Positions 1-10,793 of a stretch of 51,959 bases of DNA are shown here, in pieces. Position 1 is the first letter of the stretch. Every line of letters begins with the position of its first letter. This DNA is from a virus (taxonomy: Duplodnaviria; Heunggongvirae; Uroviricota; Caudoviricetes): IMG/VR virus record IMGVR_UViG_2574179769_000003, positions 77,748 to 129,706 of that record; one strand, 5' to 3'. The position numbers were made by a program, and so were the translations under genes. A model generated the notes under the pieces. The model was not told the DNA's origin. It saw only the letters and a program-made list of their open reading frames with translations, and did not search any database.

Positions 1-2
1 GG

Positions 3-968
3 GTTAATTGTAGTCCTGAAGAAATTATATTTACTTCAAGCGGTAGTGAAGCTAATAATTTAGCATTAAGATGCTATACAAACTCAGAAAATAAAGCTCA
101 TTTTATTTTAGCTGATCCTACTTCACATAAATCGGTTATCAAAAACAATTATTATTGGTCACTTGAAGTTGATAGTAATGGGGTTATTAATTTAAAATCA
201 TTAGAAAGCAAGCTTGCGAATACACATAACATACAATCTTACAAAATTGTATCAGTATGTGGAGCTAACAATGAAATTGGAACAATTCAGCCGATTAAAG
301 AAATTTCAAAACTATGCCATAAACACGATATAATATTTCATGTTGATGCAGTTCAACTGATTGCCGATAAGAAGATTGATGTTAAAGAGCTAGGAATAGA
401 TTTAATGAGTGTATCAGGTTCTAAAATCGGATGCCCTTCTGGAATTGGTTTTCTTTATGTTAAAAAAGGTATATCTGTAACCCCTTTAATACAAGGTGAA
501 CAGGAAAAAAGTATGCGTGGTGGCACAGAAAACATACCGTATATACTTGGACTCTCAAAGGCAGTAGAATTGTTAAATTATTCAAAATCTAATCATTTAA
601 AAAGTTTAAGAGATTATTTTATTAATAAACTCCTAATATTGCCTAATACATATCTAATTGGAGCAAATGGTAATGACAGATTATCCAATAATATAAATAT
701 CTGTTTTCATGGCATCGAAGCAGAATCACTGTTATCGTATTTAAATCTATATGAAATCTATGCATCTGGTGGTTCTGCCTGCAACAGTAAAAATTTAGAA
801 GCAAGTCACGTTTTAAAAGCAATAAGACTGCCTGAAGACGACCTTCATAGCTGTATCAGATTTTCGTTAAACGAAGATAGTACAGTTGATGAACTTGAAG
901 AAGCTTTTGAAGTAATTCAAAGATTCGTAATAAGACAAAATTTTTATAATGGTGGTGACGCTTCTTAG
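3..968 (+). CDS. iscS: Cysteine desulfurase, IscS/NifS class (5' end outside window)
   Basis: The frame is open from base 3: EEIIFTSSGSEANNLAL, NNEIGTIQP, FHVDAVQ, PLP-lysine motif SVSGSKIGCP, GGTEN and catalytic Cys in SGGSACNS. Its stop overlaps the GTG of the next gene. Confidence 0.92.
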   Translation, partial: VNCSPEEIIFTSSGSEANNLALRCYTNSENKAHFILADPTSHKSVIKNNYYWSLEVDSNGVINLKSLESKLANTHNIQSYKIVSVCGANNEIGTIQPIKEISKLCHKHDIIFHVDAVQLIADKKIDVKELGIDLMSVSGSKIGCPSGIGFLYVKKGISVTPLIQGEQEKSMRGGTENIPYILGLSKAVELLNYSKSNHLKSLRDYFINKLLILPNTYLIGANGNDRLSNNINICFHGIEAESLLSYLNLYEIYASGGSACNSKNLEASHVLKAIRLPEDDLHSCIRFSLNEDSTVDELEEAFEVIQRFVIRQNFYNGGDAS

Positions 969-3900
969 TGCCATCTATAAAAGATGGGGTATATATCCTT
1001 GGTTTAGATGCGAAGGATATATATCTAGCAAATTACAATAATGGCTGCATAGGATATAACCCAAGAAACAGTGCAGGAAATTTAAACACAGTTAAGTTTT
1101 TAAATAAGCTTGATTATTCACTTGATTTAATCAAATTGGTTGATGTTTATAAAACAACATATCGAAATAACAAGCTAACTTTCGAGGAAAACAATAAATT
1201 ATACTCTCAGAGAGTTATTAATGTAAGATTTAAATACTCAGTTAAAGAATATAATCGCTATTATGGGGATGTTTGGGTTAAATTTGGATATGATTTAAAT
1301 AAGGTTATAAATAAAATAGATGATCATATTTATATTGAAAATGGTGAGATTATTGCTATAGATACCAAAAAAGGTGTCAAAAATCCCCTATCAAAAAAAG
1401 AATTAGGTCGCTGGTTTCATTATAATCCACAAAAAAACAAATATTCAGTCTATGATTACAAACTTCATACAATAAAAAATGTTAGACAGTTAAGAGATGA
1501 ATTATACAGCAAAGGGTTTTACTGTGATGGGATTAAATTCACAAGATTTAAGCGTTCATCTGGCTCAGCCAGAGTTGGAAAATGTTTGTTTATTGATGAA
1601 CAATTGTACCCTAGAATGCATAAATGGGAATTGTGTAAACTTAAAGTTAATCAAGGAGATGAAGTTGATTTAGCAGCTCTAGAAGCCTATATAGCGCTTA
1701 CTTTATCATCTATAATAGATACTATTGAAATAGATCCCAAGAGTATTCTTGTAATAAACGACTATGAAAGTGAATTTGAAGAAGATGTTATTGAAACAAG
1801 GTTAGTTAATGGAGAACTTGTTACAAAGCCAAACAGAATCACATTAAAAAATAGCATTTGGGATGGACAGTCATTGATGGATGTCTCGCTGTTTGGTAAA
1901 TATGAGAACAAAGGAATGTTACTGCTAAGAAACCAGTTCTTTAAATCGTGCTGTTTTAACTGCAATATTCAAAAATGGTTCAAAGATAACGGAATAACAT
2001 CATTAGACCAATTGAATGGCAAGACAATCGCTGATGATATTAGTCAGATCAAGCTAATTACTACGCCAAGCAGTATTAAATATTTAAAGTTTGGAACATT
2101 AAAAAAATGGTTAAGAGCCATCTCGCCTACTTTTGGTGTAGTTAAACATGAAAAGAAAACTCATTATTTAAATGGCAAAGTTGTAAGGTGTCATTATCAA
2201 TTGATAAATTCATTACAAATGACAAAAAAAGAAGTTGAAGAATTGGTTAAACCATCATTGGAGTATCTTGATTTGATAAAAAGTGATCCAGCGGTGTTAA
2301 GACAATATATTAGGTATTCTAACGATATCAATCTCGACAATGAACCACTAATATATCAAAATGATATAACGTACAAGCTATTGGGATTAAATGATAAGTT
2401 TACTGAAACTGAAATGTACGCAATTTTAAAAAAACAAATTGTAGATTCCTATAAAAATAATCTAAGAGAAGGTCATTTATTTGTTAACGGTAACTATTCG
2501 ACTATATGTGGCAATCCGATTGAAATGTTACAACATTCAATTGGAAAATTTAACGGTGAATCTCAAATAGGTGTTGGTAAAATACACACAACTAGATTCA
2601 AATACAATAAAACAATTCTTGGATCAAGAAGCCCCCACATTTGCCAATGTAATATTTGGCTACCTCTCAACTCTTCTAATAAAGAAATTGATAAATATAT
2701 GAATACAACTGATGAAATAGTTTATGTAAACAGCATTAAAGAATCAACACTTGATCGTCTGAGCGGTGCGGATTAACCATAATAAGTCCGCCTTGAGTAG
2801 TAATATTCAAGTAAAAAGATTTGTGAACCTAGAAATCTAGGGTGTTTACTATTAAAATAGTAAGCTAACGAAGAATTTCCATTCATTAAAATGTTTGGAT
2901 AATATCGTGCCAAGCATAAAGAGAAATCTTTATGAAGGTGTAACGACTAGTGGAAACAGCCTTAACTGGTTAGACCACGTACATTTAAGGTGAAATTCCT
3001 TATTTGGAAGCGCAAGTCAGCCCTAACGCATATTTCGAGGGCTAATGAGATAGTCTACTCCCTACTTTCAATGAAAAGTAATTTAAAATATCTGGTAACA
3101 GAGGGTGTTATGGTTTGATTCAGACACAGTAATGATTACTGATAATCCGATATTAATCAAAGCTGGAAGAAAAAATTATTCAAATTTTAAAGTATCAATA
3201 AATAATGTTGAGGCAAAAAAAATCAAAAGATATTATACAGCGAAGCAAAAATCAGATCTTGATTATAAAACTTCTAAAAATCAAATCGGAGTAATAATTA
3301 ATTTATCGCAAGAACTAAATTCAAAAGTTTGGAATAAACTGAACAATGGTGGACTGATAAATGAAATTCAACAAATATATCATGATACATGTCAGTTAAA
3401 TGTAATGTCAAATATAGAAATAGATGCAGCAAAAAAAGAATTTGATGTTGCAATGAGCAAAGAAATTGAGTGTATTCGAAGCAGATACAAGGAGGAAACA
3501 TGGGATAATAAAACGGTTAAACCGTATTTTTTTGGAGTAATAGTAAAAAACAAAAGCTTTTACAATTGTAAAAAAATAGGTAAAAAAATCAAATATAAAA
3601 AAATGGACACTTCAATGGACTATTTGGAATGTGCTATAAACAACTGGAAACCCATAAGAAAAGAATATGGGAAAACATACTGTCATTTTTATGAAATTAT
3701 TGACAAGTCATCATATGACAATAGTAAGGTTAATAGGAAGCAAATAGCTAAAATTATGTCAGAAATTAGGAAATTCGATTCAACAACCAAATATTTATTT
3801 TCAAAAACAAATTTTGATCATAGTATAAAAACAGCTTATTATCTTATACAAAGAGAAAAAGTAATAAGATTTATTGGTCAGCTAAAATTAAATAAAAGTA

Positions 3901-4106
3901 CCATAATTTATATCTTAAAAAAATTTGACACCGATGAATATAGAAAATATTATAAAACATTGTTTAAGGTTCTTTTTGGTTATCCCAATTTAAGTTTTTA
4001 TGAAGCTATAAAAAAAAGCAAGCTTCCTATTGAAGATTTACATGAAAGCGAAGATGGTAAAATAAATATTTTAGGCTATATTTTTTCAAAAAAATGCAAT
4101 TTTTAG
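968..4106 (+). CDS. yonO: YonO-like single-subunit (two-barrel, eukaryotic-RdRP-related) phage RNA polymerase; join(968..2773,3114..4106), 932 aa after splicing
   Basis: Motifs FKRSSGSARVGKCLFI, SIWDGQSL, LLRNQFFKS and RSPH. Splicing restores the catalytic LSGAD|FDSD (DxDxD). Position at the head of a structural operon matches SPbeta yonO. Confidence 0.9.
2774..3113 (+). mobile_element. Group I intron (ORF-less, 340 nt) in RNAP gene
   Basis: P1: exon GCGGAU (2768-2773) pairs with GUCCGC (2786-2791), giving a U.G pair at the splice site. P7: GACUA (gtaacgactag ~2940-2950) with UAGUC (gagatagtc ~3047-3056). Terminal G3113. Removal restores the frame and the DFDSD motif. Confidence 0.92.
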
Positions 4107-4264
4107 AGATATTTTCACAAATCGCAAAAAAAATACGTGCTTAAAACTCGGAATTTTACGAAAAAAACTTAACTTTCAAATTCTGAAGAGGTATGGTAAG
4201 GAGTAAGAAACTCTATCCCAAAAGTGCTTTTTTACGCCCTTTTATGAATAAAAGGAGTAAAATT

Positions 4265-5494
4265 TTGAAAGAATCATTAAGAAAAAAGCCTGATGAGGGC
4301 AAATATCAATACATCTGGCGTATAGGTCAGTATGTTGATAGTGGGGTTTTACCTCACTGGAAACATATATCAGAAGATATTAATCGTGAATTGGGTGTTC
4401 CAGAAGATGAATTTCTTTCGGAATCTGCCTATCGCAAGATGTATCAAAGTGCAAAAAAATTTTATGATGAAGGAATTTTTAGTGACAGAGAAAATGAAAG
4501 CAGTATTAATGAATTAAATATTTTAAAAAGAGAACTGCAAAAAGAAAGAGTAAAGTTACAGACTGAAAAAAATGAATACAACAAATGGCTACGAGAAGAA
4601 GCTAGAGATGAATTGTTATTAGAAAAATTTATTGAATCTGTAAAATCCTTAAAAACATCTTTTGTTCCAGATTATATTGAACCAAAACATAACAGCAAAG
4701 GTTATTTATTATGTTTTGGTGATGAGCATTTTGGTGCAGAATTTGAAATTAGAGGCTTATTCAATGAAATAATCAATTCCTATAGTCCAGAAATATTTGA
4801 AGATAGAATGATTGAATTATTTAACCAAACTTTGGAAATTATTAAAAAAGATAATATAGACACTCTTCATATTTTTTCTATGGGTGATTTTAGTGATGGA
4901 ATTTTAAGAGTATCACAATTAATGAAACTTCGATATGGAATAGTTGACAGTACTATTAAATACAATAATTTTATTTGCACATGGTTGGAAAAATTAACCA
5001 ACTATGTAAGAGTTGAATTTCACACTGTAGTTCAAGCAAATCATACTGAGCTAAGAATGTTATCTCAGCCTAAAGGAACCTTTGTTAATGACAATGTGTC
5101 AAAATTTTTATTAGAATTTATCAAAATTAGATTGGAAAATAACAAAAATTTTAAACTGCATACCAATCCAACAGGATACATCTATGCGACCATAGCAGGA
5201 AGCACTCTTTTTGGAATTCATGGAGAAGTTAAAAATATGGAAAAAGCTATGAAAGACTATTCTAAAATATATAATACTAATATTGATTATTTGATCGGAG
5301 GACATTTACATCACACAAAAGTGGAAGAAGTTGGTAAAAACAGTGAAGTAATTAATATACCTAGTATTATAGGGATTGATTCCTATTCTATGTCATTGCG
5401 AAAATCTTCTGATTCTGCTGCCAAACTAATAGTTTTTGAAGAAAATAAAGGTAAAGTTTGCGAATATACTTTAAAACTTTCCTGTCAATCATAA
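4265..5494 (+). CDS. Calcineurin-like metallophosphoesterase with N-terminal helical/coiled-coil region
   Basis: Motifs GDEHFG, MGDFSDG, QANH, GIHG and GGHLHH. Probable TTG start at 4265 after AAGGAG (the ORF track starts at 4193). Confidence 0.8.
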   Translation: MKESLRKKPDEGKYQYIWRIGQYVDSGVLPHWKHISEDINRELGVPEDEFLSESAYRKMYQSAKKFYDEGIFSDRENESSINELNILKRELQKERVKLQTEKNEYNKWLREEARDELLLEKFIESVKSLKTSFVPDYIEPKHNSKGYLLCFGDEHFGAEFEIRGLFNEIINSYSPEIFEDRMIELFNQTLEIIKKDNIDTLHIFSMGDFSDGILRVSQLMKLRYGIVDSTIKYNNFICTWLEKLTNYVRVEFHTVVQANHTELRMLSQPKGTFVNDNVSKFLLEFIKIRLENNKNFKLHTNPTGYIYATIAGSTLFGIHGEVKNMEKAMKDYSKIYNTNIDYLIGGHLHHTKVEEVGKNSEVINIPSIIGIDSYSMSLRKSSDSAAKLIVFEENKGKVCEYTLKLSCQS

Positions 5495-5562
5495 AAAAGC
5501 ACAAAAAAAATAATATCGGCAAAACGCCAGAAAAAAAAGAATAAAAGGAGAAAAAGTGAATA

Positions 5563-5841
5563 TTGAATAAAGAAATTTTAATTGCAAAAATTTGCAACAA
5601 AGTAGATGGATGCACAAAAGACGAGGTTAAAATTATTTTTGATGCTGTAATTGAAAGCATTAGAGAAACAATCGTTGAATTTGGTAAAATAAAAATTAGA
5701 GGATTTGGAGTTTTTGAAGTTAAAAACTATAAAGAGCGAATTGGAACTCATCCAAAAACTAATCAAAAAATTGTCGTTCCTTCATTTAACACAATAAAAT
5801 TTAAATGTAGCAATATATTTAAGTCAGAGGTAAATCAATAG
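5563..5841 (+). CDS. hup: HU family DNA-binding protein
   Basis: MNKEILIAKI...KIKIRGFGVFEVK...RIGTHPKTNQKIVVP...IKFK is the HU/IHF signature. Confidence 0.92.
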   Translation: MNKEILIAKICNKVDGCTKDEVKIIFDAVIESIRETIVEFGKIKIRGFGVFEVKNYKERIGTHPKTNQKIVVPSFNTIKFKCSNIFKSEVNQ

Positions 5842-6233
5842 TGAATGATGTCTATGATTTTAAAAGCGAAGAATTGACTCAAGAAATATTATTTGAGAAC
5901 AAAGCGGACTTTCTTATATCGTTAAGTAAATTATGTGATAATTTAAGAAAATATGAGTTTGTTGCAATTTATACAACAAATGAATTTACAAAATGGTTAT
6001 TGGAAACATATGATATTGAAGTTGATGAATTATATTCAGAAGATGATTTTTGCATAGTAACAATAGCTTATGATGGAAATATCATTGTTGAACCAACAGT
6101 AAATGACAATATAATTACATTATCATCAGCAACATTAACGATATTTGATGCTACATGCCCTACTCGATTTTTAAAAGCCCTAGAAAACAACGAAGAAAAT
6201 ATATTAATTTATGATTTCGAGAAGGAGCTTTAA
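5841..6233 (+). CDS. Hypothetical acidic protein
   Basis: 130-aa ORF coupled to HU; no recognised motif. Confidence 0.65.
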   Translation: MNDVYDFKSEELTQEILFENKADFLISLSKLCDNLRKYEFVAIYTTNEFTKWLLETYDIEVDELYSEDDFCIVTIAYDGNIIVEPTVNDNIITLSSATLTIFDATCPTRFLKALENNEENILIYDFEKEL

Positions 6234-6257
6234 GCAGTTATAAAACTGCTTTTTATT

Positions 6258-7241
6258 ATGCCTAAAAATAACAAAATTGTATCCAAAAAAGAATATAGAT
6301 GTTGCAAATGTGGTAAAACAACTAAAAAAGCAGACGATTTTTCAAAGGTGCAAAATCCACTATACGAAGGGTTAGATGGACGTTTGCCTATCTGTAAAAG
6401 CTGTTTAAACAAATTATATATAAAATATCTTGAGTCATACAACGATCACTACAAAGCAATTAAGCGCATTTGTCAGTTGTATGATTTTTATTACACAGAA
6501 TCTATTGCTAATAATGTAAAAGATTGTGATCTAAAGACAATGGTTACACGCTATTTGTCTAAAATGAATTTAAATCAGTTTTTTGATAAAACATATGATG
6601 ATACTTTAAAGGACGAAGAAAAAGCACAAAAACTAAAAGAAGAATTGTCAAAAAAAAATATTGATAAAAAAAATGAAGATGTAAAAAAAAATAATTCAGC
6701 TAATGAGTTAACTGAAGATGATACAAATACTATAGCTGAAGTTGCAAACATATTTGGAGTTTTTAATTTAAATTTAGAAGACTCAAAAATTTTAAAATAC
6801 TTATACAATGATTGGATGGTGAAAACTGGAGCATCATCAATCGTTCAAAGAGAAACAATAAAAAATATCTGTTGGGATATTTTTAATATAACTAAAGCTA
6901 GAGAAAAAGGAAATCCTACTAAAACATATGAAGAATCGTTAATAAAAAATATTGAATTTGGTGGCTGGAAACCAGACACTAAAAATGAAAGTCTATCAAA
7001 AGAGACTTTTGGAACATGGATAAAAAAATATGAAATGGATAAGCCAATAGAGGAATATAAAGATAAAAGTTATTTAAAAGAGTTAGTTGAAGTTTATATG
7101 TTAGGTCACTTATCTAAATCTGTTGGAATCAAAAATGTATATGTAAAACAATATGATGAACATATGAAAAAATATACAGTTGAAAATTCAGTTGAAGAAA
7201 ACAAGCTTAAAAAGAATATTCACGACAAATTGTTTGGATAG
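6258..7241 (+). CDS. Zinc-finger protein, putative terminase small subunit
   Basis: CCKCG...PICKSC zinc motif; lies immediately upstream of the terminase large subunit. Function inferred from position. Confidence 0.5.
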   Translation: MPKNNKIVSKKEYRCCKCGKTTKKADDFSKVQNPLYEGLDGRLPICKSCLNKLYIKYLESYNDHYKAIKRICQLYDFYYTESIANNVKDCDLKTMVTRYLSKMNLNQFFDKTYDDTLKDEEKAQKLKEELSKKNIDKKNEDVKKNNSANELTEDDTNTIAEVANIFGVFNLNLEDSKILKYLYNDWMVKTGASSIVQRETIKNICWDIFNITKAREKGNPTKTYEESLIKNIEFGGWKPDTKNESLSKETFGTWIKKYEMDKPIEEYKDKSYLKELVEVYMLGHLSKSVGIKNVYVKQYDEHMKKYTVENSVEENKLKKNIHDKLFG

Positions 7242-7250
7242 TGAATAATT

Positions 7251-9031
7251 ATGATAGTTGACAAGTTTGAAATTAAAACAGATTTAGAGATTCAAATAGA
7301 AAAGAAGAAAAGTTTCTTAAAGTTATAGGCGACTTAACCAGTTATTTTAGAGAATACCCTCATTTATTTGCAAAATATTATTTAAACATTGAATTGAGAC
7401 CTTTTCAAGAAATAGTTTTATATCAAATGTTTCATAACAATCATGTGAACCTCAATGCTTGTAGAGGGTTGGGTAAAAGCTGGTTAATTGCTGTGTATGC
7501 AGTAATTAAATGTATTCTATATCCAGGGTCAAAAGTGTGTGTTACAAGCAGTAAGTTAAAGCAAGCAGTAGAAGTTTTAAAAAAAATTTCAAACGAACTT
7601 TGTCTCAAACAAGGTTTTGGTTCAGAATTGCTTAATGCAGAAATAAAAAAAATACTATTAAATGGAGAAGACCCTCAAATAATTTTTCATAATGGTTCTT
7701 TTATTTATGCTGTTGCTGCAAATAAAAACGCAAGATCAAAACGGTCAACAGATAATATATATGACGAATTTGTTCAAATGGATCCCACAATTATCAATGA
7801 TGTTCTTGAACCGTTTTTAACCTCGAAAAGACAGCCTGGTTTTATTAACAACGCTAAATATGCTAATGATGTAGAGGAAAATAGTGAATTTTATTTAAGT
7901 TCTGCATGGTATCAAAGTGAATGGAGCTTCGGGCGTGTTCAAGACTATATTGAGAACATGTTATTGGGAGATAGTTATTTTAGTTGCTCTCTCCCCTATC
8001 AATTATCAATAGAAAGCGGTCTTTTGTCTCCAAGTAGAATAAAAGCGGTATATAAAAAAAGAAATTTTGATCCAATTAAATTTGCTATGGAGTATGAAGC
8101 TATATGGTTTGGATCAAGTGGCAGCGAGTTCTTCTCTTATGAAGATATAAAACCAAGATGTATTTTAAATGATTCTTTGCCTATACCAGATAATGTTATG
8201 CTAAATAAATCGAAAGTTCCAGAGCCTAAATTTAATGAACGCAGAATTTTATCATTAGATGTAGCGTTAATGGCTTCAAATGGAAATAAAAATAATGATG
8301 CTGCATGTATTATTATCAACGATGCAATAATGGATAATAGTTATACATATAATGCAAATATTAGATTTGTAGAGACTTTTGAAGGATTAAGAACAGAAGA
8401 ACTTGGTTCTATAGCAATGGAATACTACTACAAATACAAATGTACAGATATTGTAGTTGATGCACGAGGCAATGGACAAGGTGTAATAGACCATATAACA
8501 AAAGAGCAACACGATAGACATACTGGAGAAATACTAATTCCTTTTAAAGCAGTAAATGATGTCGAGTGGGCAAACAGATGTAAATCTGATACATACACCA
8601 AGAGTTTATGGATAATTAACGGTTCTCCAAAGCTCAATGATGAAGCGAACAATTATGTTAGAAATGGATTTTTAAACAACAAACTTAGTCTGTTGATAAG
8701 TGAATATGACTGTTATAACTATTTAATTGAAACAGTTCCAGGATTTGAAAACAAAAATGATAAAATTCAATTAAATTATCAAAAACCATATATCGAGACT
8801 GCGTTAATGATCAATGAAATGATAAATCTTGAATGGGAATTAGTTGGCGTATATGTAAAAGTAGAAGAAAAATCAGGTATGCGAAAAGATAGGTATTCCA
8901 GTTTGGCATACAATATATGGGTAATGAAACAACTGGAATTTAGATTAGAACCTGAACTTGAAGAAGATATAGAATTTGATGATTTGCCATTTAGACAGCC
9001 CAATTTGGGTATAAGTGAAGGGTATTGTTAA
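7251..9031 (+). CDS. terL: Terminase large subunit (one-base frameshift at ~7274-7277)
   Basis: Walker A ACRGLGKS, Walker B IYDEF, nuclease LSLDVA and KDRYSSLAY. Adding one A to the run in attaaaaca joins ATG 7251 to the main frame (MIVDKFEIKNRFRDSNRKEEKFLKVIGDLTSYFREYPHLF...). Confidence 0.9.
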
Positions 9032-9047
9032 TAAGAAAGGAGGACAT

Positions 9048-10592
9048 GTGGAAACAAATAATGTAACTGCCGAATTTGACGAAAAAACTCAAAAAATGAT
9101 AGACGATTATATTCAGACCAAATTTGATGAACGTGATCGGATTGAAGCGGACGAGGTTTTGTTTGAAAATGAAATAAAAAAACTTTATACGTCTAAAGTA
9201 ATTTTAAACGAGATAGAAGCTGCTGGATATGAACATATTTTTTTCACTAAGTTTAAGAAAAAAGATATTTTAATGTGGTTGGAAAATCCATCTAGATTTC
9301 AACATCAATTGAGAAGTGTATCAATGTTCCTCTACAATGTATCTAATCATTATAAAAGGTTGATAAAATATTTTAGTAGTACTGCAATGTTTGCAATGGT
9401 TCTAAAACCTAGAGGTCTAGATACAGCTAAAGCAAATGTTATTAGGGTTCGCAGTGATTACAATAAAACAAGTAATATGTTAATCAACATGAATTTAAAA
9501 CATGAGTTTTTAAAACTTATAGATGTAGTATTTAGAGAAGAGATATTTTATGGATATGTATATGAAACCAAAGATTCTTTTTATATAAGAAAATTACCCG
9601 TTAGATATTGTCATGTTAGAGCAGTTGAAGATGGTACACGTGTAGTATCTTTTGACTTTTCATATTTTGACAGATATAAAAACAGGTTAAATATGTATGG
9701 TTCTTTTTTTAAAGATGGATATAAAAAATACCGCTCAAATAGAAAATTGAAATGGCAGGATATTCCAAGCGGTGACGGTATTTGTATAAAATTTGATGAA
9801 TCAATCGATTATAGTATCCCGCCATTTGCTGGCGTATTTAGTTGTTTATATGATTTGGAGGATTATAAAAACTTAAAAAAGAATAAAGAAAAATTAAATA
9901 ATTATAAGTTGATTTCATTAAAAATTCCCGTTGATGACAACGGTAAGTTTAAAATACCAGAAAAAAAAGTTATTCAATACTATAAAATGATTGATGCAAG
10001 GCTTCCAGAAAATATCGGTATTGCATTAACCCCTATGGATTTAATGGAACATACATTTGAGAGAGCTGGACAAGCCAATACAAATGCTGTGGCTGAAGCA
10101 TTAGAACAATATTGGGGCGCATCAGGAGTTAGTTCTCTTTTATTTTCATCTGATAAATCTGGTACAACAGCATTAAAATCTAGTATTTTGGTTGATTCAG
10201 CTTTACTTTTCCCTATATACAGACAACTAGAACGTTGGTTAAATTATAGATTGAAAAAAATGCCAACTGAATATAAGTTTAGGGTTCAAATATTAAATGT
10301 AACTGAGCTTACTTATGACAGTATACTTGAAAGATATATGAAAACTGTTAATTTGGGAATTGGCATATCTGAGTTGATGGCATTACTAGGATACGAGTTT
10401 AATGATGTTGATAATATGCTTTATCTGGAACATGATGTATTGGATTTACACAATAGACTAAAACCTTTACAGAGTTCTTATACTCAAAGTAGTAATAGTA
10501 ATTCTAATAGTGAAGGTCGTCCAAAAAACAAAGATGGAGAACTTGAAATTGAAGGAGAAAACACTCGTGTTAAAAGAGACAGAAACGAATAG
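9048..10592 (+). CDS. Portal protein
   Basis: About 514 aa, directly after terL; GTG start after GGAGG; SPbeta YonE-like position and size. Confidence 0.78.
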   Translation: METNNVTAEFDEKTQKMIDDYIQTKFDERDRIEADEVLFENEIKKLYTSKVILNEIEAAGYEHIFFTKFKKKDILMWLENPSRFQHQLRSVSMFLYNVSNHYKRLIKYFSSTAMFAMVLKPRGLDTAKANVIRVRSDYNKTSNMLINMNLKHEFLKLIDVVFREEIFYGYVYETKDSFYIRKLPVRYCHVRAVEDGTRVVSFDFSYFDRYKNRLNMYGSFFKDGYKKYRSNRKLKWQDIPSGDGICIKFDESIDYSIPPFAGVFSCLYDLEDYKNLKKNKEKLNNYKLISLKIPVDDNGKFKIPEKKVIQYYKMIDARLPENIGIALTPMDLMEHTFERAGQANTNAVAEALEQYWGASGVSSLLFSSDKSGTTALKSSILVDSALLFPIYRQLERWLNYRLKKMPTEYKFRVQILNVTELTYDSILERYMKTVNLGIGISELMALLGYEFNDVDNMLYLEHDVLDLHNRLKPLQSSYTQSSNSNSNSEGRPKNKDGELEIEGENTRVKRDRNE

Positions 10593-10605
10593 GATGATTT
10601 GAAAA

Positions 10606-10791
10606 ATGAGTAAAAAATTTTTATACAGTGATACCCCTCAAACTATTGAATTATTAAAACAATCATATGAAGTTTTTCTTGAAAACGATAATGGTTGTTA
10701 TTTTATTAACAACCCTGGTGAAGTTGAGTTTGATAATTCGTTAGTTTGCGACAATGTGATATACACAAATTCAATTTCATTGGAGTTGTAA
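10606..10791 (+). CDS. Small hypothetical protein between portal and protease
   Basis: 61-aa ORF with AGGA RBS, in the packaging operon. Confidence 0.55.
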   Translation: MSKKFLYSDTPQTIELLKQSYEVFLENDNGCYFINNPGEVEFDNSLVCDNVIYTNSISLEL

Positions 10792-10793
10792 AA

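Noticed and set aside
3105-3113. 3' splice site after G3107 (suggested by TTATGG/CCATAA complementarity)
   Set aside because: It would give GADLWFDSD and destroy the DxDxD motif. G3113 gives the expected DFDSD.
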